A DNA stretch of 64,000 bases from Actinomycetes bacterium. Lineage in GTDB: Bacteria > Actinomycetota > Actinomycetes > Actinomycetales > Actinomycetaceae. Of the stretch, positions 9,448 to 20,773 are shown in pieces. Each line of letters opens with the position of its first letter. Within the stretch, counting starts at the first letter, position 1. Location of the stretch: the NCBI GenBank assembly GCA_023387755.1, contig JAEWHO010000030.1:3802-67801 (forward strand), given 5' to 3'. A model generated the notes under the pieces. It was given only the letters and a program-made list of their open reading frames with translations. It had not been told where the DNA came from and made no database searches. The position numbers and the translations under genes were made by a program.

Positions 9448-11298
9448 TTAGGCGTTCTTGGCGGCTTCCATGCGTTCGCGCATCTTCTTCAGCTGCTCGT
9501 TGATGCGAGCGGGGACCTTATCCCCGAACTGAGCGAAGTATTCCTCGGTCAGATCGACTTCCTTCATCCAGGCTTCCGGATCGATCTCGTAGAGCTTGTT
9601 CCAGTCTTCTTCGCTGAAGCCCTCCAGGCCTTCAGAGTTGAAGTCTTCGAACTTCGGGTAGCGGCCGGTCGGGCCGTCTACGGCCTCAACTTCACCGCCG
9701 GCGCGGCGCACGATCCAGTCGAGTACGCGGGAGTTGTCGCCGAAGCCGGGCCACAGGAACTTGCCGTCTTCATCCTTGCGGAACCAGTTGACCTGGTAGA
9801 CCTTGGGGAATTTCTCGCCGAGTTCGTCCTGCATATCCAGCCAGTGGCCCCAGTAGTCGGCCATGTTGTAGCCACAGAAGGGCAGCATGGCGAAGGGATC
9901 GTGGCGCAGGGAGCCAACCGAGCCTTCCGCAGCAGCGGTCTGTTCGGAGGCGACGGAAGCGCCGATGAACACGCCGTGTGCGCCGTCGTACTGTTCGGCA
10001 ACCAGCGGCACGTTGGTGGCGCGGCGGCCACCGAAGAGGATCGCGTCCACCGGCACACCCTGGGGGGCTTCCCAGTCCTCGCAGATGATGGGGCACTGCG
10101 AGGCGGGGGTGGTGAAGCGGGAGTTCGGGTGGGCGGCCAGTTCGCCACTGTTGGGCGTCCAGTCGTTGCCATGCCAGTCGATGAGGTGTTCGGGCGTTTC
10201 GCCGTCGATACCTTCCCACCACACATCGCCGTCGTCGGTCAGAGCGACGTTGGTGAAGATGGTGTTCTCGCGCATGGTGTCCATGGCCATCGGGTTGGTC
10301 TTGTAGGACGTACCGGGGGCGACGCCGAAGAAGCCGGCCTCCGGGTTGATGGCGTACAGGCGACCGTCCGGGCCGGGGCGCATCCAGGCGATGTCATCGC
10401 CCACGGTCTCGACCTTGTAACCCGGGATGGTGGGCTGCAGCATGGCGAGGTTCGTCTTGCCACAGGCGGACGGGAAGGCAGCGGTGACGTGGTACTGCTT
10501 GCCGGACTTCTCGTCGGTCAGGCGCAGGATGAGCATATGCTCGGCCATCCAGCCATCGCGGCGAGCCATGGTGGAGGCGATGCGCAGGGCAAAGCACTTC
10601 TTGCCCAGCAGCGCGTTGCCGCCGTAACCGGACCCGTAGGACCAGATTTCGTTGGTTTCCGGGAAGTGGGTGATGTACTTTTCGTCGTTGCACGGCCAGC
10701 TGGTGTCTTCCTGGCCGGGCTCCAGCGGCGCCCCCACAGAGTGGACGGCGGGTACCCACGGCTTACCTTCGCCGATGAGTTTGAGGGCTGGGGTGCCCAT
10801 GCGGGTCATGATCCGCATGTTGACGACGACGTAGGGCGAGTCGGTCAGCTCAATGCCGAGCTGGGAGATGGGGCCGCCTACCGGGCCCATCGAGAAGGGA
10901 ATAACGTACATGGGACGGCCGCGCATGGCGCCGTCGAAAACCCTGCGTAGCGTTTCCTTCATTTCCTTCGGATCGGCCCAGTTGTTGGTGGGGCCGGCGT
11001 CTTCTTCCTTCTCCGAGCAGATGAAGGTGCGTGATTCCACGCGCGCAACGTCTGAGGGCAGGGATCGGGCCAAGAAGCTATTGGGGCGCTTTTCCGGGTT
11101 GAGGCGGGTAAACATCCCGGACTCGACCATCTGGGTCGTCAAGCGATCCCATTCTTCCTCGGAGCCATCACACCAGATGACTTCCTCCGGCTTGGTCAGT
11201 TCGGCTACCTGCGCAACCCAGTCAACGAGCTCCTTCGGCGCGATTTCAGGTGCGCCTTCAGCAATCTGAGTGGCGTCTACGGTCATTTTCTCCTCCAT
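9448..11298 (-). CDS. pckG: Phosphoenolpyruvate carboxykinase (GTP)
   Basis: The product is 616 aa. It has the kinase-1a motif FPSACGKTN and GTP-PEPCK blocks ([15 protein letters not shown]). Confidence 0.95.
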   Translation of the reverse strand: MEEKMTVDATQIAEGAPEIAPKELVDWVAQVAELTKPEEVIWCDGSEEEWDRLTTQMVESGMFTRLNPEKRPNSFLARSLPSDVARVESRTFICSEKEEDAGPTNNWADPKEMKETLRRVFDGAMRGRPMYVIPFSMGPVGGPISQLGIELTDSPYVVVNMRIMTRMGTPALKLIGEGKPWVPAVHSVGAPLEPGQEDTSWPCNDEKYITHFPETNEIWSYGSGYGGNALLGKKCFALRIASTMARRDGWMAEHMLILRLTDEKSGKQYHVTAAFPSACGKTNLAMLQPTIPGYKVETVGDDIAWMRPGPDGRLYAINPEAGFFGVAPGTSYKTNPMAMDTMRENTIFTNVALTDDGDVWWEGIDGETPEHLIDWHGNDWTPNSGELAAHPNSRFTTPASQCPIICEDWEAPQGVPVDAILFGGRRATNVPLVAEQYDGAHGVFIGASVASEQTAAAEGSVGSLRHDPFAMLPFCGYNMADYWGHWLDMQDELGEKFPKVYQVNWFRKDEDGKFLWPGFGDNSRVLDWIVRRAGGEVEAVDGPTGRYPKFEDFNSEGLEGFSEEDWNKLYEIDPEAWMKEVDLTEEYFAQFGDKVPARINEQLKKMRERMEAAKNA

Positions 11299-11667
11299 TA
11301 TCGCCTCCGGGGGCGGCTCCTCCGAGGCTGGGTGTTGAGACCAGGTTTGTACCGCTGCCTCTATTTTTCCGTGCCTGCGACTCCATCGGTGGAGACGAAG
11401 GGCCCAGATCGGCGCGGCACCTCCCTTAGTATCTCAACAAACCGGTCAAATAAGCCCACTGTTTCGGGCTTCCGAAATTTTCCTGCGACTATTCTCACCC
11501 CTAATGATGCGGCTCCAAGCGGCACTTCGCTGGTAGCTGACGCGCTGCGGGAGGTGGATCCCACGGTGCTCCCGGCGCGCTGCTGCTCACCATTGCGCCA
11601 CGAATCGTTAACCAAAGTGCGGCTCCGCTCGCTTTCCATAGTTGCGCGAATATAGCAGGATAGCTAT

Positions 11668-12774
11668 ATGAATACTTCCCACCAGAAAATGACGAGTCGG
11701 CGCTTCCTCGCCGTGCTCCTCCTTCCCCTCATCCTGTTCTTGGCCTCCTGTAAGATCCACGCCGCCATCGAAGTGGTGGACGAGAACACCGCCAACACCA
11801 CGGTGACCATGGAGATGCCGAAGGATGCCGTCTCCGGTTTCGGCATCACCTCCTGCGATGATCTCAAGTCCGAGATGCTGGACGGCAAGAATGAGGGCGC
11901 CAACCTCACGGATAATTCCGATGACTCCACCATTCGTTGCGTCATCGAGGAGAAAGGGCAGTCTCTCGACAAGGTCGAAGGTGACGGGCTCACCATTGAG
12001 CATAAGGACGGCAAGTATATTGCTAAGGCCGCGGGCGATACGGAAGCCGCGGGCATGTCCGGTATGCTTTCCGGCTTCGATTTCACCCTCGAATTCACCT
12101 TCCCCGGCGCTGTTGAGAAGGTAGAAACCACCGCCGGTGAGGACTCCTACTCGATCAGCGGCAACACTGTTACGTTCAAATCCATTAAGGCCATGGCGGA
12201 AGGTTTCACGATCACGGCGGCTGAGTCCGGTGGCGGTTCATCTACCCTGTGGATCATTATCGGTATCGTTCTCGCGCTCATTCTCATCGCTGTAGTGGTG
12301 GCACTGGTGCTGCTGAAGAAGAAGGGCAAGTCCGATCCGAATGCCGCACAGGGCCCCAGCGACTTCCCCGGCTCCGGTAATTATGGCGGCCCGCAGGGCC
12401 CGGGCGCTCCGCAAGGCCCGAGTAATTATGGTGCCCCGCAAGGCCCCGGTACGGCGGGCAACTACGGCGGCCCCCAAGCCGGGTACACCAGCCCGCAGGG
12501 TGGGCCCCAGCAGCCGATGACCGGTGGCCCGACGCCGGGATATCAGCCTGGCTCACAAACGTATGGGCAGCCGTCTAGCGGCCAGTCTCCTTACGCCCAG
12601 CCGTCTGCTAACCAGGCTCCCTATGGTCAGCCGAATCAGCAGCCCGGCGCTGCCCCGCAACAGTCCGGCTGGCAGCAGCCCGGCTCGCAGCAACCTGGCC
12701 CTGAGCAGCCGCGCCCGGGTGAGCCGACCGATCCGTCCACCGGCTTTACCGAGCCGCGTAACCCGAACGTTTAG
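11668..12774 (+). CDS. Lipoprotein with C-terminal TM anchor and Pro/Gln/Gly/Tyr-rich disordered tail (possibly LppM/DUF3153-like)
   Basis: It has a signal peptide with the lipobox LFLASC. A beta-rich middle region is followed by the TM helix LWIIIGIVLALILIAVVVALVLL, then KKKGK, then about 145 aa of low-complexity (GPQGPGAPQGPSNYG...) sequence. Confidence 0.6.
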   Translation: MNTSHQKMTSRRFLAVLLLPLILFLASCKIHAAIEVVDENTANTTVTMEMPKDAVSGFGITSCDDLKSEMLDGKNEGANLTDNSDDSTIRCVIEEKGQSLDKVEGDGLTIEHKDGKYIAKAAGDTEAAGMSGMLSGFDFTLEFTFPGAVEKVETTAGEDSYSISGNTVTFKSIKAMAEGFTITAAESGGGSSTLWIIIGIVLALILIAVVVALVLLKKKGKSDPNAAQGPSDFPGSGNYGGPQGPGAPQGPSNYGAPQGPGTAGNYGGPQAGYTSPQGGPQQPMTGGPTPGYQPGSQTYGQPSSGQSPYAQPSANQAPYGQPNQQPGAAPQQSGWQQPGSQQPGPEQPRPGEPTDPSTGFTEPRNPNV

Positions 12775-12827
12775 GACGCCATAGCGGCTAGCTAGCTTCA
12801 ACCGAGACTAGCTCGAGTTGCAGACAC

Positions 12828-12862
12828 AAAGCTGGGGGCGGGTTTCACCCGCCCCCAGCTTT
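12828..12862. terminator. Bidirectional hairpin terminator between the convergent lipoprotein gene and purA
   Basis: It forms a perfect 16-bp stem (aaagctgggggcgggt / acccgcccccagcttt) with a 3-nt loop. A TTT run lies on the plus side. Confidence 0.65.
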
Positions 12863-12933
12863 ACGTCGTCGTCGGGAAGTATGACTGGTAGGTGCGCCGC
12901 CCTCGGGCGAGCGCGCGACCCGCACCGAGCCCG

Positions 12934-14250
<1,317 letters not shown>

Positions 14251-14490
14251 CTAGCGGGCGTTTGCCGCCCGTCCCAGCGTACCCAATTCAGAGGCTTACA
14301 GGGGCTGTGTCTCACGTCCCACGTCCACCCGCGCCCAACCGGTGCGAGCGATTATGCCACCGGATATGGTGCGGTTCCTGTTCGACGTTACCGGCCTGAG
14401 CGAGAGTATCGCTATCCTCGATAAGGATCCCGGGTTTCCCGCCTGAGCCGGGGCCTAACCTGCGTCTTAATTACGCGCGTTTAGCCACGC

Positions 14491-16611
14491 CTACTGCTGC
14501 ACCGCTGCCGCAGACCGCGCGGGCACCACAATATGGCCCGTCACTGCCTGGCCGGTGAGCAGATCAGTGCCCACAATCCCAGAAATCTGCGCCGCCGTAT
14601 CGGCGTGATTGAGTAGGAACGTCACCGCCCCACGCTGTACGCGCTCCACACCAGCAGGCATACCGGCCCGCGGGGAGGTAAGCCGCTGGCGGGCTTGCGC
14701 CACCTGGAAGATCGCGCTGCGCCCCGCTGAGGAAAGGTCGGTCGCAATATAGGTGGCCGCGCCCTGACCGCAGCGCCGGTGTGTAATCGCCGGTTGGGCA
14801 GTGAGGTCGCCCGCCGCGAATTCTGCCCATACGGTGACGCCGTCGTCGAGGAGTAATTCCTCCGCCCACAGTGCCCCGGCGAGCGCCGGCCGGGGCCGCG
14901 CCATCCGATCGAGGGCGCGATCCAGCGGAGTACCCCGCACGGCCTCCAATACCACCTCATCAACGCGGGCCGGATGGCTGATCGCCGCTGAAATCGCGTC
15001 CGTGCGCGGATCGACCTCCGGCCCCAGGGGCGCCACCGCGCTGCCCGCCGGCAGGTGATGGTCAGCCACCCGCACGCCGGTCAGTGAGCGTAAGGATCGC
15101 CCGTAACCGCCCGTGGCCACTTTTCCGGTTTCATCGCAGATTCCCGACGGCGCCGCCACGATCACGTCTGCTCCCGCATCAGCCGCAGCCTGCAGGCGCT
15201 TAGCGAGGGCGTCACTGAGCGCATAGAGTTCCGGCACCACAATGACCTGATACCCGGAGAAGTCTGAATCCGGGAAAAGAAAGTCCACCGGCCACCCGGC
15301 CTCGAACGCCGTTGCGTGCCAGGCGCGGATCGCCTCGATCCCGCGGTCCGGTCCGGGGCCGACCGCGGCCTGCCGATGCCACAGGGACTCCCAATCGATC
15401 AGCAGCCCGATGGGGGTATCCACGCGCGCCCCCACGACCGGTGCCAGCCGCCCGAGCGCACGGCCCAGCTGCACAACCTCTGCCCAGGTGCGCGAATCGC
15501 GCCCGGCGTGCGGGACTATTGCGGAATGGAATGCCTCCGCGCCGCGCACGGACTGGCGCCACTGGAACTGCATGATTCCATCGGCGCCGTGGGCCACCCG
15601 TTGCAAAGACTGCAAGGTAAAAACACCGGGGCGTTTGCGGGCGTTGCGGTCCCGCCACTGCACCATACCGGTGACTTGCTCCATCAGCAGGAAGGGCTGC
15701 CCGTCGCGTAAAGAGCGGGACAAATCCGAAACAAAGGCAGTTTCGCGGGCCGCCGTCGTCGTTCCCGGATCCGGGTAGGAGTCATCACTGACCACGTCTA
15801 CCTCCGGTGCCCACCGGCGATAATTTGTGGGCTCGAATAGCCCCATGAAATTAGTGGTGATGGGTTTATCGCTATGCTCCCGGATAGCTGCTTTTTCAGC
15901 CAGATAACACGCCCGCAAGGCGTCGTCACTGAAAGCGGCAAAGTCGGCCACCTGGCCGGGGTTCGGGAAGGTCGGCATAGCTGCCGGCGTATGGACCTGC
16001 GTGAAATCAGTGTAGTGCTGGGACCAGAACGCGGTACCCCACGCGTCGTTGAGCGCCTCAATTGTGCCGTAGCGGTTGCGCAGCCACCGCTGAAAATCCC
16101 GGGTGGACTCAGCGCAGTGACACTGGGCCACATGGCAGCCGTACTCATTCGAGATATGCCACAGCCGTAGCGCTGGATGGTCCGCGTACCGCTGTGCCAA
16201 GGCGCCAGCCAGGCGAGTGGCGAACTCGCGGAAGATCGGGGAGGAGGGGCAGTACTGTTGCCGCGAACCTACCCCCAACCGCCGCCCGTGCGCATCCACG
16301 GGGAGTGTCTCGGGGAATTCGCGCGCCATCCACACCGGCGGGGAGGCGGTAGCGGTAGCCAGATCGACGGCGATACCTCCTGCCGCCAGTTCATCGAGGA
16401 CCCGATCGAGCCACGCGAAGTCATAACGCCCCGGTTCTGGTTCTAGCAACCCCCAGGAGAACACGCCGACCGTCACCATTGTGACGCCCGCTTCTTGCAT
16501 CAGCGCAATATCCTCGGCCAAGGTTTCGGCAGGCCACTGTTCCGGATTGTAATCGGCCCCATACGCGAGGAAGGTACCGAAATCACCGGGAAGCTGGGTG
16601 GGGGACGTCAT
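14491..16611 (-). CDS. Beta-galactosidase, glycoside hydrolase family 42
   Basis: It has a GH42-type N-terminus (YGADYNPEQW) and the HISNEYG acid/base region, at about 700 aa. ATG at 16611 is preceded by GAAAGG. The ORF track's extension to 16704 runs into the fbaA terminator hairpin. Confidence 0.85.
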   Translation of the reverse strand: MTSPTQLPGDFGTFLAYGADYNPEQWPAETLAEDIALMQEAGVTMVTVGVFSWGLLEPEPGRYDFAWLDRVLDELAAGGIAVDLATATASPPVWMAREFPETLPVDAHGRRLGVGSRQQYCPSSPIFREFATRLAGALAQRYADHPALRLWHISNEYGCHVAQCHCAESTRDFQRWLRNRYGTIEALNDAWGTAFWSQHYTDFTQVHTPAAMPTFPNPGQVADFAAFSDDALRACYLAEKAAIREHSDKPITTNFMGLFEPTNYRRWAPEVDVVSDDSYPDPGTTTAARETAFVSDLSRSLRDGQPFLLMEQVTGMVQWRDRNARKRPGVFTLQSLQRVAHGADGIMQFQWRQSVRGAEAFHSAIVPHAGRDSRTWAEVVQLGRALGRLAPVVGARVDTPIGLLIDWESLWHRQAAVGPGPDRGIEAIRAWHATAFEAGWPVDFLFPDSDFSGYQVIVVPELYALSDALAKRLQAAADAGADVIVAAPSGICDETGKVATGGYGRSLRSLTGVRVADHHLPAGSAVAPLGPEVDPRTDAISAAISHPARVDEVVLEAVRGTPLDRALDRMARPRPALAGALWAEELLLDDGVTVWAEFAAGDLTAQPAITHRRCGQGAATYIATDLSSAGRSAIFQVAQARQRLTSPRAGMPAGVERVQRGAVTFLLNHADTAAQISGIVGTDLLTGQAVTGHIVVPARSAAAVQQ

Positions 16612-16677
16612 GGAGAGCCTTTCTGGAGCTAGCGAGGGTACTAGAGCGGGACGGCACAATATCTCCGGGCATAGAGC

Positions 16678-16704
16678 GTGGGGCCTCCCGGCGGGAGGCC
16701 CCAC
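16678..16704 (-). terminator. Hairpin terminator downstream of fbaA
   Basis: It has a 12-bp GC stem (gtggggcctccc / gggaggccccac) with a 3-nt loop. It lies 22 nt after the fbaA stop. Confidence 0.5.
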
Positions 16705-16725
16705 GGCTATCGCATTGGGATAGGT

Positions 16726-17745
16726 TTACATCTTGGTGCCGGTGGAGCCGAGGCGTTCACAAGCCTCCACTACCCGGTCTGCCATACCCTTCTCGGCAGC
16801 CTTACCCCAGGAGCGCGGATCGTACATCTTCTTGTTGCCGACCTCGCCGTCAATCTTCAGCACGCCGTCGTAGTTGCGCAGCATATGCTCCACGACGGGG
16901 CGGGTGAAGGCGTACTGGGTGTCCGTATCCACGTTCATCTTGATGACGCCGTTGCGGACCGCGGTGGCGATCTCCTCAGCGGAGGAGCCGGAGCCACCGT
17001 GCATGACCAGGTCGAAGGGCATATCCTTGCCGACCTTCTGGCCCACCTCTTCCTGGATTTCACCGAGCAGCTCCGGGCGCAGCTTCACGTGGCCCGGCTT
17101 GTACACGCCGTGTACGTTACCGAAGGTCAGGGCAGTGATGTAGCGGCCCTTCTCCCCCAGGCCGAGAGCCTCGACGGTCTTCAGGCCGTCTTCCGCAGTG
17201 GTGTAAAGCTTGTCGTTGATTTCCCCGACGACGCCGTCTTCCTCCCCACCAACAACACCGATCTCAACTTCCAGAATGGTGTTGGCTTTCTGGGAGAGTT
17301 CCAGCATCTCCTGGGCAATCTCCAGGTTCTCTGCCAGCGGCACTGCTGAACCATCCCACATGTGGGACTGGAAGAACGGGAGCCGGCCAGCTTTAACTTC
17401 CTCAGCTTCCAGCTCCATGAGCGGGCGGATCCAGGAATCAATATTCTGCTTGGCGCAGTGGTCGGTGTGCAGAGCCACGGTTACGTTGTAGTTCTTGGCA
17501 ACCTCGCGGGCGTAGGCAGCCATCGCGAGTGAGCCGGCCACCCGGTCCTTAACGGTGGAGCCGGACCAGTATTCCGCGCCACCGACTGAAACCTGGATGA
17601 TGCCGTCGGATTCCGCTTCCGCAAACCCCTGCAGCGCAGCAGTGAGAGTCTGGGATGACGTCACGTTGATGGCCGGGTAGGCGAACTTGCCCGCCTTCGC
17701 CCGGTCGAGCATCTCGTTGTAAACCTCGGGAGTTGCAATGGGCAC
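16726..17745 (-). CDS. fbaA: Class II fructose-bisphosphate aldolase
   Basis: It has the class II FBA metal-site motifs LHTDHC and VMHGGSG. The length is 339 aa. Confidence 0.95.
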   Translation of the reverse strand: MPIATPEVYNEMLDRAKAGKFAYPAINVTSSQTLTAALQGFAEAESDGIIQVSVGGAEYWSGSTVKDRVAGSLAMAAYAREVAKNYNVTVALHTDHCAKQNIDSWIRPLMELEAEEVKAGRLPFFQSHMWDGSAVPLAENLEIAQEMLELSQKANTILEVEIGVVGGEEDGVVGEINDKLYTTAEDGLKTVEALGLGEKGRYITALTFGNVHGVYKPGHVKLRPELLGEIQEEVGQKVGKDMPFDLVMHGGSGSSAEEIATAVRNGVIKMNVDTDTQYAFTRPVVEHMLRNYDGVLKIDGEVGNKKMYDPRSWGKAAEKGMADRVVEACERLGSTGTKM

Positions 17746-17833
17746 GATGGCCTCCTAATGGACTCGAATAGGTACGTTCCTATTGTTCCATGACTCGCCA
17801 CTTTCGGTCATAGGACCTAGCGCCCGAAACTAC

Positions 17834-18535
17834 TTAAGGTGACCCTTCTGACCCTCCTGGGCCGAATTTCGGAGGATATTGCTGGGTCCACGCCCACATT
17901 GCAATGGCGGCCGCGTGGCCTACATTCATGGAGCGTGTGGAACCGTATTGGCTGATATGCAGCACCCTGGTGCATGCCTGGATCATCTCTGTTGACAATC
18001 CACGCGATTCGGAGCCAAAAATAAGGGCACAATGACGCGGCAGTTCCGCAGTCTCCAGGGGACGCGAGCCCGGGATATTATCAATCCCCACCGGGGTGAT
18101 TTCCCGTTCCTCGCACCACTGTGCGAAGGCGCCGGCGTCCGAATGGTGGAAAACATGCTGATAGCGGTCGGTGACCATCGCGCCGCGTTTATTCCACCGC
18201 CGCCGCCCCACAATATGGACTGCCGCCACCGCAAGCGCGTTCGCAGTGCGCACGATGCTACCGATATTGAAATCGTGGTCGAGATTTTCGACGGCGATAT
18301 GGAGCGGCTGCCGCCGCTGGTCGATATCGGCGACGATAGCCTCCATAGTCCAATAGCGGTAATGGTCTTCTACATTGCGGGCATCGCCTTGCAGTAAGAG
18401 GTCGCGATCATAACGCTTGTCCTGCTGCCACAGACGATCGCCGTCGGGATGCGGGCCAACACCGCGCCCGGCATCCGGATGAGGGGCCACAGCCCCGACT
18501 ACCTCCGCGGGTGGGCCCGATACCCTATCGACCAT
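17834..18535 (-). CDS. TrmH/SpoU family RNA 2'-O-methyltransferase
   Basis: It has SpoU motifs (NIGSIVRTA; LIFGSESRGL; MNVGHAAAIAMW). ATG at 18535 was chosen to minimise overlap with the LemA gene. The ORF track extends this to 18613. Confidence 0.75.
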   Translation of the reverse strand: MVDRVSGPPAEVVGAVAPHPDAGRGVGPHPDGDRLWQQDKRYDRDLLLQGDARNVEDHYRYWTMEAIVADIDQRRQPLHIAVENLDHDFNIGSIVRTANALAVAAVHIVGRRRWNKRGAMVTDRYQHVFHHSDAGAFAQWCEEREITPVGIDNIPGSRPLETAELPRHCALIFGSESRGLSTEMIQACTRVLHISQYGSTRSMNVGHAAAIAMWAWTQQYPPKFGPGGSEGSP

Positions 18536-19184
18536 CGTTGCTTTCGCGCATATCTCGCTGTTGGGCAAAGGTCGCGTTCGGGGCGGCCCGCACTGCCGGG
18601 TCGGTTGATTCAAAGAGTTCCGTTTGGCTTAGAGGTCCCGCGATCATGGGCCAGCCGTAGACAGCTTTCTTGGCCAGGGCGTGGGCATCCTTGACCTGGG
18701 TGTTGTAGTAGCGACGCCCAGCCGCAATCCGATCCTCGGTGTTGGTGAGTTGAGCCTGTAGTACCTGGAAGTCCTCGCTGTTGCGCACTGCGCCGTATTC
18801 ATCGGTGAGTTTAAACAAGTCTTCCAGTGCCTCCGAGAGCGCATTTTCTCGCTGCGCCTGTTCAACCGGCCCCACCCCGGTGCCTGGTTGCTCCATCACA
18901 CGAGTACGGAATTCGCTATCTTCATCCCGCCGCCGCGCTTGGGCGAGGGTCCCCTCCACTCGGGTGAGCACATCCTGAGCAGGGCCGGGAATCTCACGCC
19001 GCACCAGTGCCACCAGTTCGGGCACCACATCGTAGCGGCGGTCCAGCTCCACCTCCACCTGCCGCCAGGCCTCTTGCACCTGCGTCATCTTTTTAGCCCC
19101 ATTACGCCGCAGTAGGAGAGCAAATATGACTGCCGGGATGACTACGGCCGCCACCACCACCAGGGCGATACTCATGTAATTCAC
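18525..19184 (-). CDS. LemA family membrane protein
   Basis: It has an N-terminal TM helix. It also has the LemA blocks AWRQVEVELDRRYDVVPELV and RIAAGRRYYN. Confidence 0.8.
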   Translation of the reverse strand: MNYMSIALVVVAAVVIPAVIFALLLRRNGAKKMTQVQEAWRQVEVELDRRYDVVPELVALVRREIPGPAQDVLTRVEGTLAQARRRDEDSEFRTRVMEQPGTGVGPVEQAQRENALSEALEDLFKLTDEYGAVRNSEDFQVLQAQLTNTEDRIAAGRRYYNTQVKDAHALAKKAVYGWPMIAGPLSQTELFESTDPAVRAAPNATFAQQRDMRESNDGR

Positions 19185-19221
19185 GGGACCTCCTGACCCG
19201 GCTGGTTATCTTGACTCGAAT

Positions 19222-19794
19222 CTAGTCGCTTAGACCCAGATCAGCGAGGCCAAGCGCGGCGAAGTAGGGAACTTCGAGCGCCTCAATTTTTTCCTTCGCC
19301 CCCGTGTTTCTATCCACAACGACGGCGCACGCCACCACCTCAGCTCCCGCAGCGCGGGCGGCTTCAATCGCGGTAATCGGCGAACCACCGGTGGTGGACG
19401 TATCCTCCACTACCACCACGCGACGACCAGCAATATCTGGCCCCTCAATCTGCCGCTGCATCCCGTGAGTTTTCGCGCTCTTGCGAACAACAAACGCATC
19501 AATACTGAGCCCGCGGGAAGCGGCTGCGTGCATAATCGCGCCCGCTACCGGGTCGGCCCCCATGGTCAGGCCGCCGACTGCGTCAAAGTCGTAGGGCGGG
19601 ACGTCATGGTCTTCTAGCAGATCTAACATGACATGCCCGATCAGCGGGGCGGCCTCATGGTGGAGGGTGGCGCGCCGCAGATCAACGTAGTAGTCGGAGG
19701 TCAGGCCGGATGCCAACGTGACCTCCCCGTGAATAACGCTTAACTCGCGTACTAGTTGGGCCAACCGGGCCTTGGGGGTGTCATTAGTGCTCAC
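19222..19794 (-). CDS. pyrE: Orotate phosphoribosyltransferase
   Basis: It has the PRPP-binding motif VVVVEDTSTTGGS. The length is 190 aa. Confidence 0.9.
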   Translation of the reverse strand: MSTNDTPKARLAQLVRELSVIHGEVTLASGLTSDYYVDLRRATLHHEAAPLIGHVMLDLLEDHDVPPYDFDAVGGLTMGADPVAGAIMHAAASRGLSIDAFVVRKSAKTHGMQRQIEGPDIAGRRVVVVEDTSTTGGSPITAIEAARAAGAEVVACAVVVDRNTGAKEKIEALEVPYFAALGLADLGLSD

Positions 19795-19867
19795 GCCGCC
19801 ATTGTAGTTGTTCAGACAACAACAGCGGCAGCCGGGTTCGGCTGCCGCTGCGTCGTCGTCGGAAAAT

Positions 19868-20773
19868 CTATCCCTTGACCGAACCTGCTGCCAGGCCGGA
19901 CTGCCAGAAACGCTGCAGTACCAGGAAGATAATGACCAGCGGGATTACGCCCAGCAGGGAGCCCATCAATACAGACCCATACTCGGGGGTGTTGTTCTGC
20001 GCCATCATGCCGTACATACCCAGCGTGACCGGCTTCAACTCATTCGAGCTGATCATCATTAACGGCAGGAGGAAGTTATTCCACGTGGCCACGAAGATGA
20101 ACAGGAAGATCGTCACCATCGCGGGGGCGAGTAGACGCAGCACCATGGTGAAGAAAATACGGAACTCGCCGGCACCGTCGATGCGGGCCGCTTCAATCAG
20201 CTCATCAGGCACCGAGGTATCCGCGTACATACGCCCCAGGAATACACCGAACGGGGAGACGCAGGAGGGGATGATGACGGCGGCCATAGTGTTGGTCAGC
20301 CCCAGGCCGTGGAATACCAGGTAGAGCGGGACGGTTAGCAGCGCGATCGGTAGGAGCAGACCGGCCAGTACGGACAGTTGAATAGCATTACGCCCTGGGA
20401 AGGCAAATTTAGCGAGCCCATACCCGGCCGAAACGCTTAACAACGTGCCGATGACGCCGGCGGTAGTGGAATAAATAATCGAGTTCGCTACCCAACGCCA
20501 GTAGTCATGACGGGACCAGGTCATCAGGCCGTCATAGTTGCTCTGCACCGAGTTGTCCGCGAACCACAGAGATGAGCTTTGTAGGAGGTCCGGGTTGTCC
20601 TTAGTGGAGGAGATAATGAGCCAGTAGATGGGGAAGAGGAAGTAGATCGCCACGATCACCAGCACAATGCGGGTAACGATCTTCGCGGCTGCGGAAGGAT
20701 CGAGGGAGCGCGGATGATTCCCGACGCTGGGACGGTAGGTGCGGCCATCAGGCAGCGTAGCTAGGCGTGCCAT
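19868..20773 (-). CDS. Carbohydrate ABC transporter permease (MalG-like)
   Basis: It has 6 TM segments and the EAA loop EAARIDGAGEFRIFF. Its start is coupled (ATGA-type overlap) to the upstream permease. Confidence 0.85.
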   Translation of the reverse strand: MARLATLPDGRTYRPSVGNHPRSLDPSAAAKIVTRIVLVIVAIYFLFPIYWLIISSTKDNPDLLQSSSLWFADNSVQSNYDGLMTWSRHDYWRWVANSIIYSTTAGVIGTLLSVSAGYGLAKFAFPGRNAIQLSVLAGLLLPIALLTVPLYLVFHGLGLTNTMAAVIIPSCVSPFGVFLGRMYADTSVPDELIEAARIDGAGEFRIFFTMVLRLLAPAMVTIFLFIFVATWNNFLLPLMMISSNELKPVTLGMYGMMAQNNTPEYGSVLMGSLLGVIPLVIIFLVLQRFWQSGLAAGSVKG

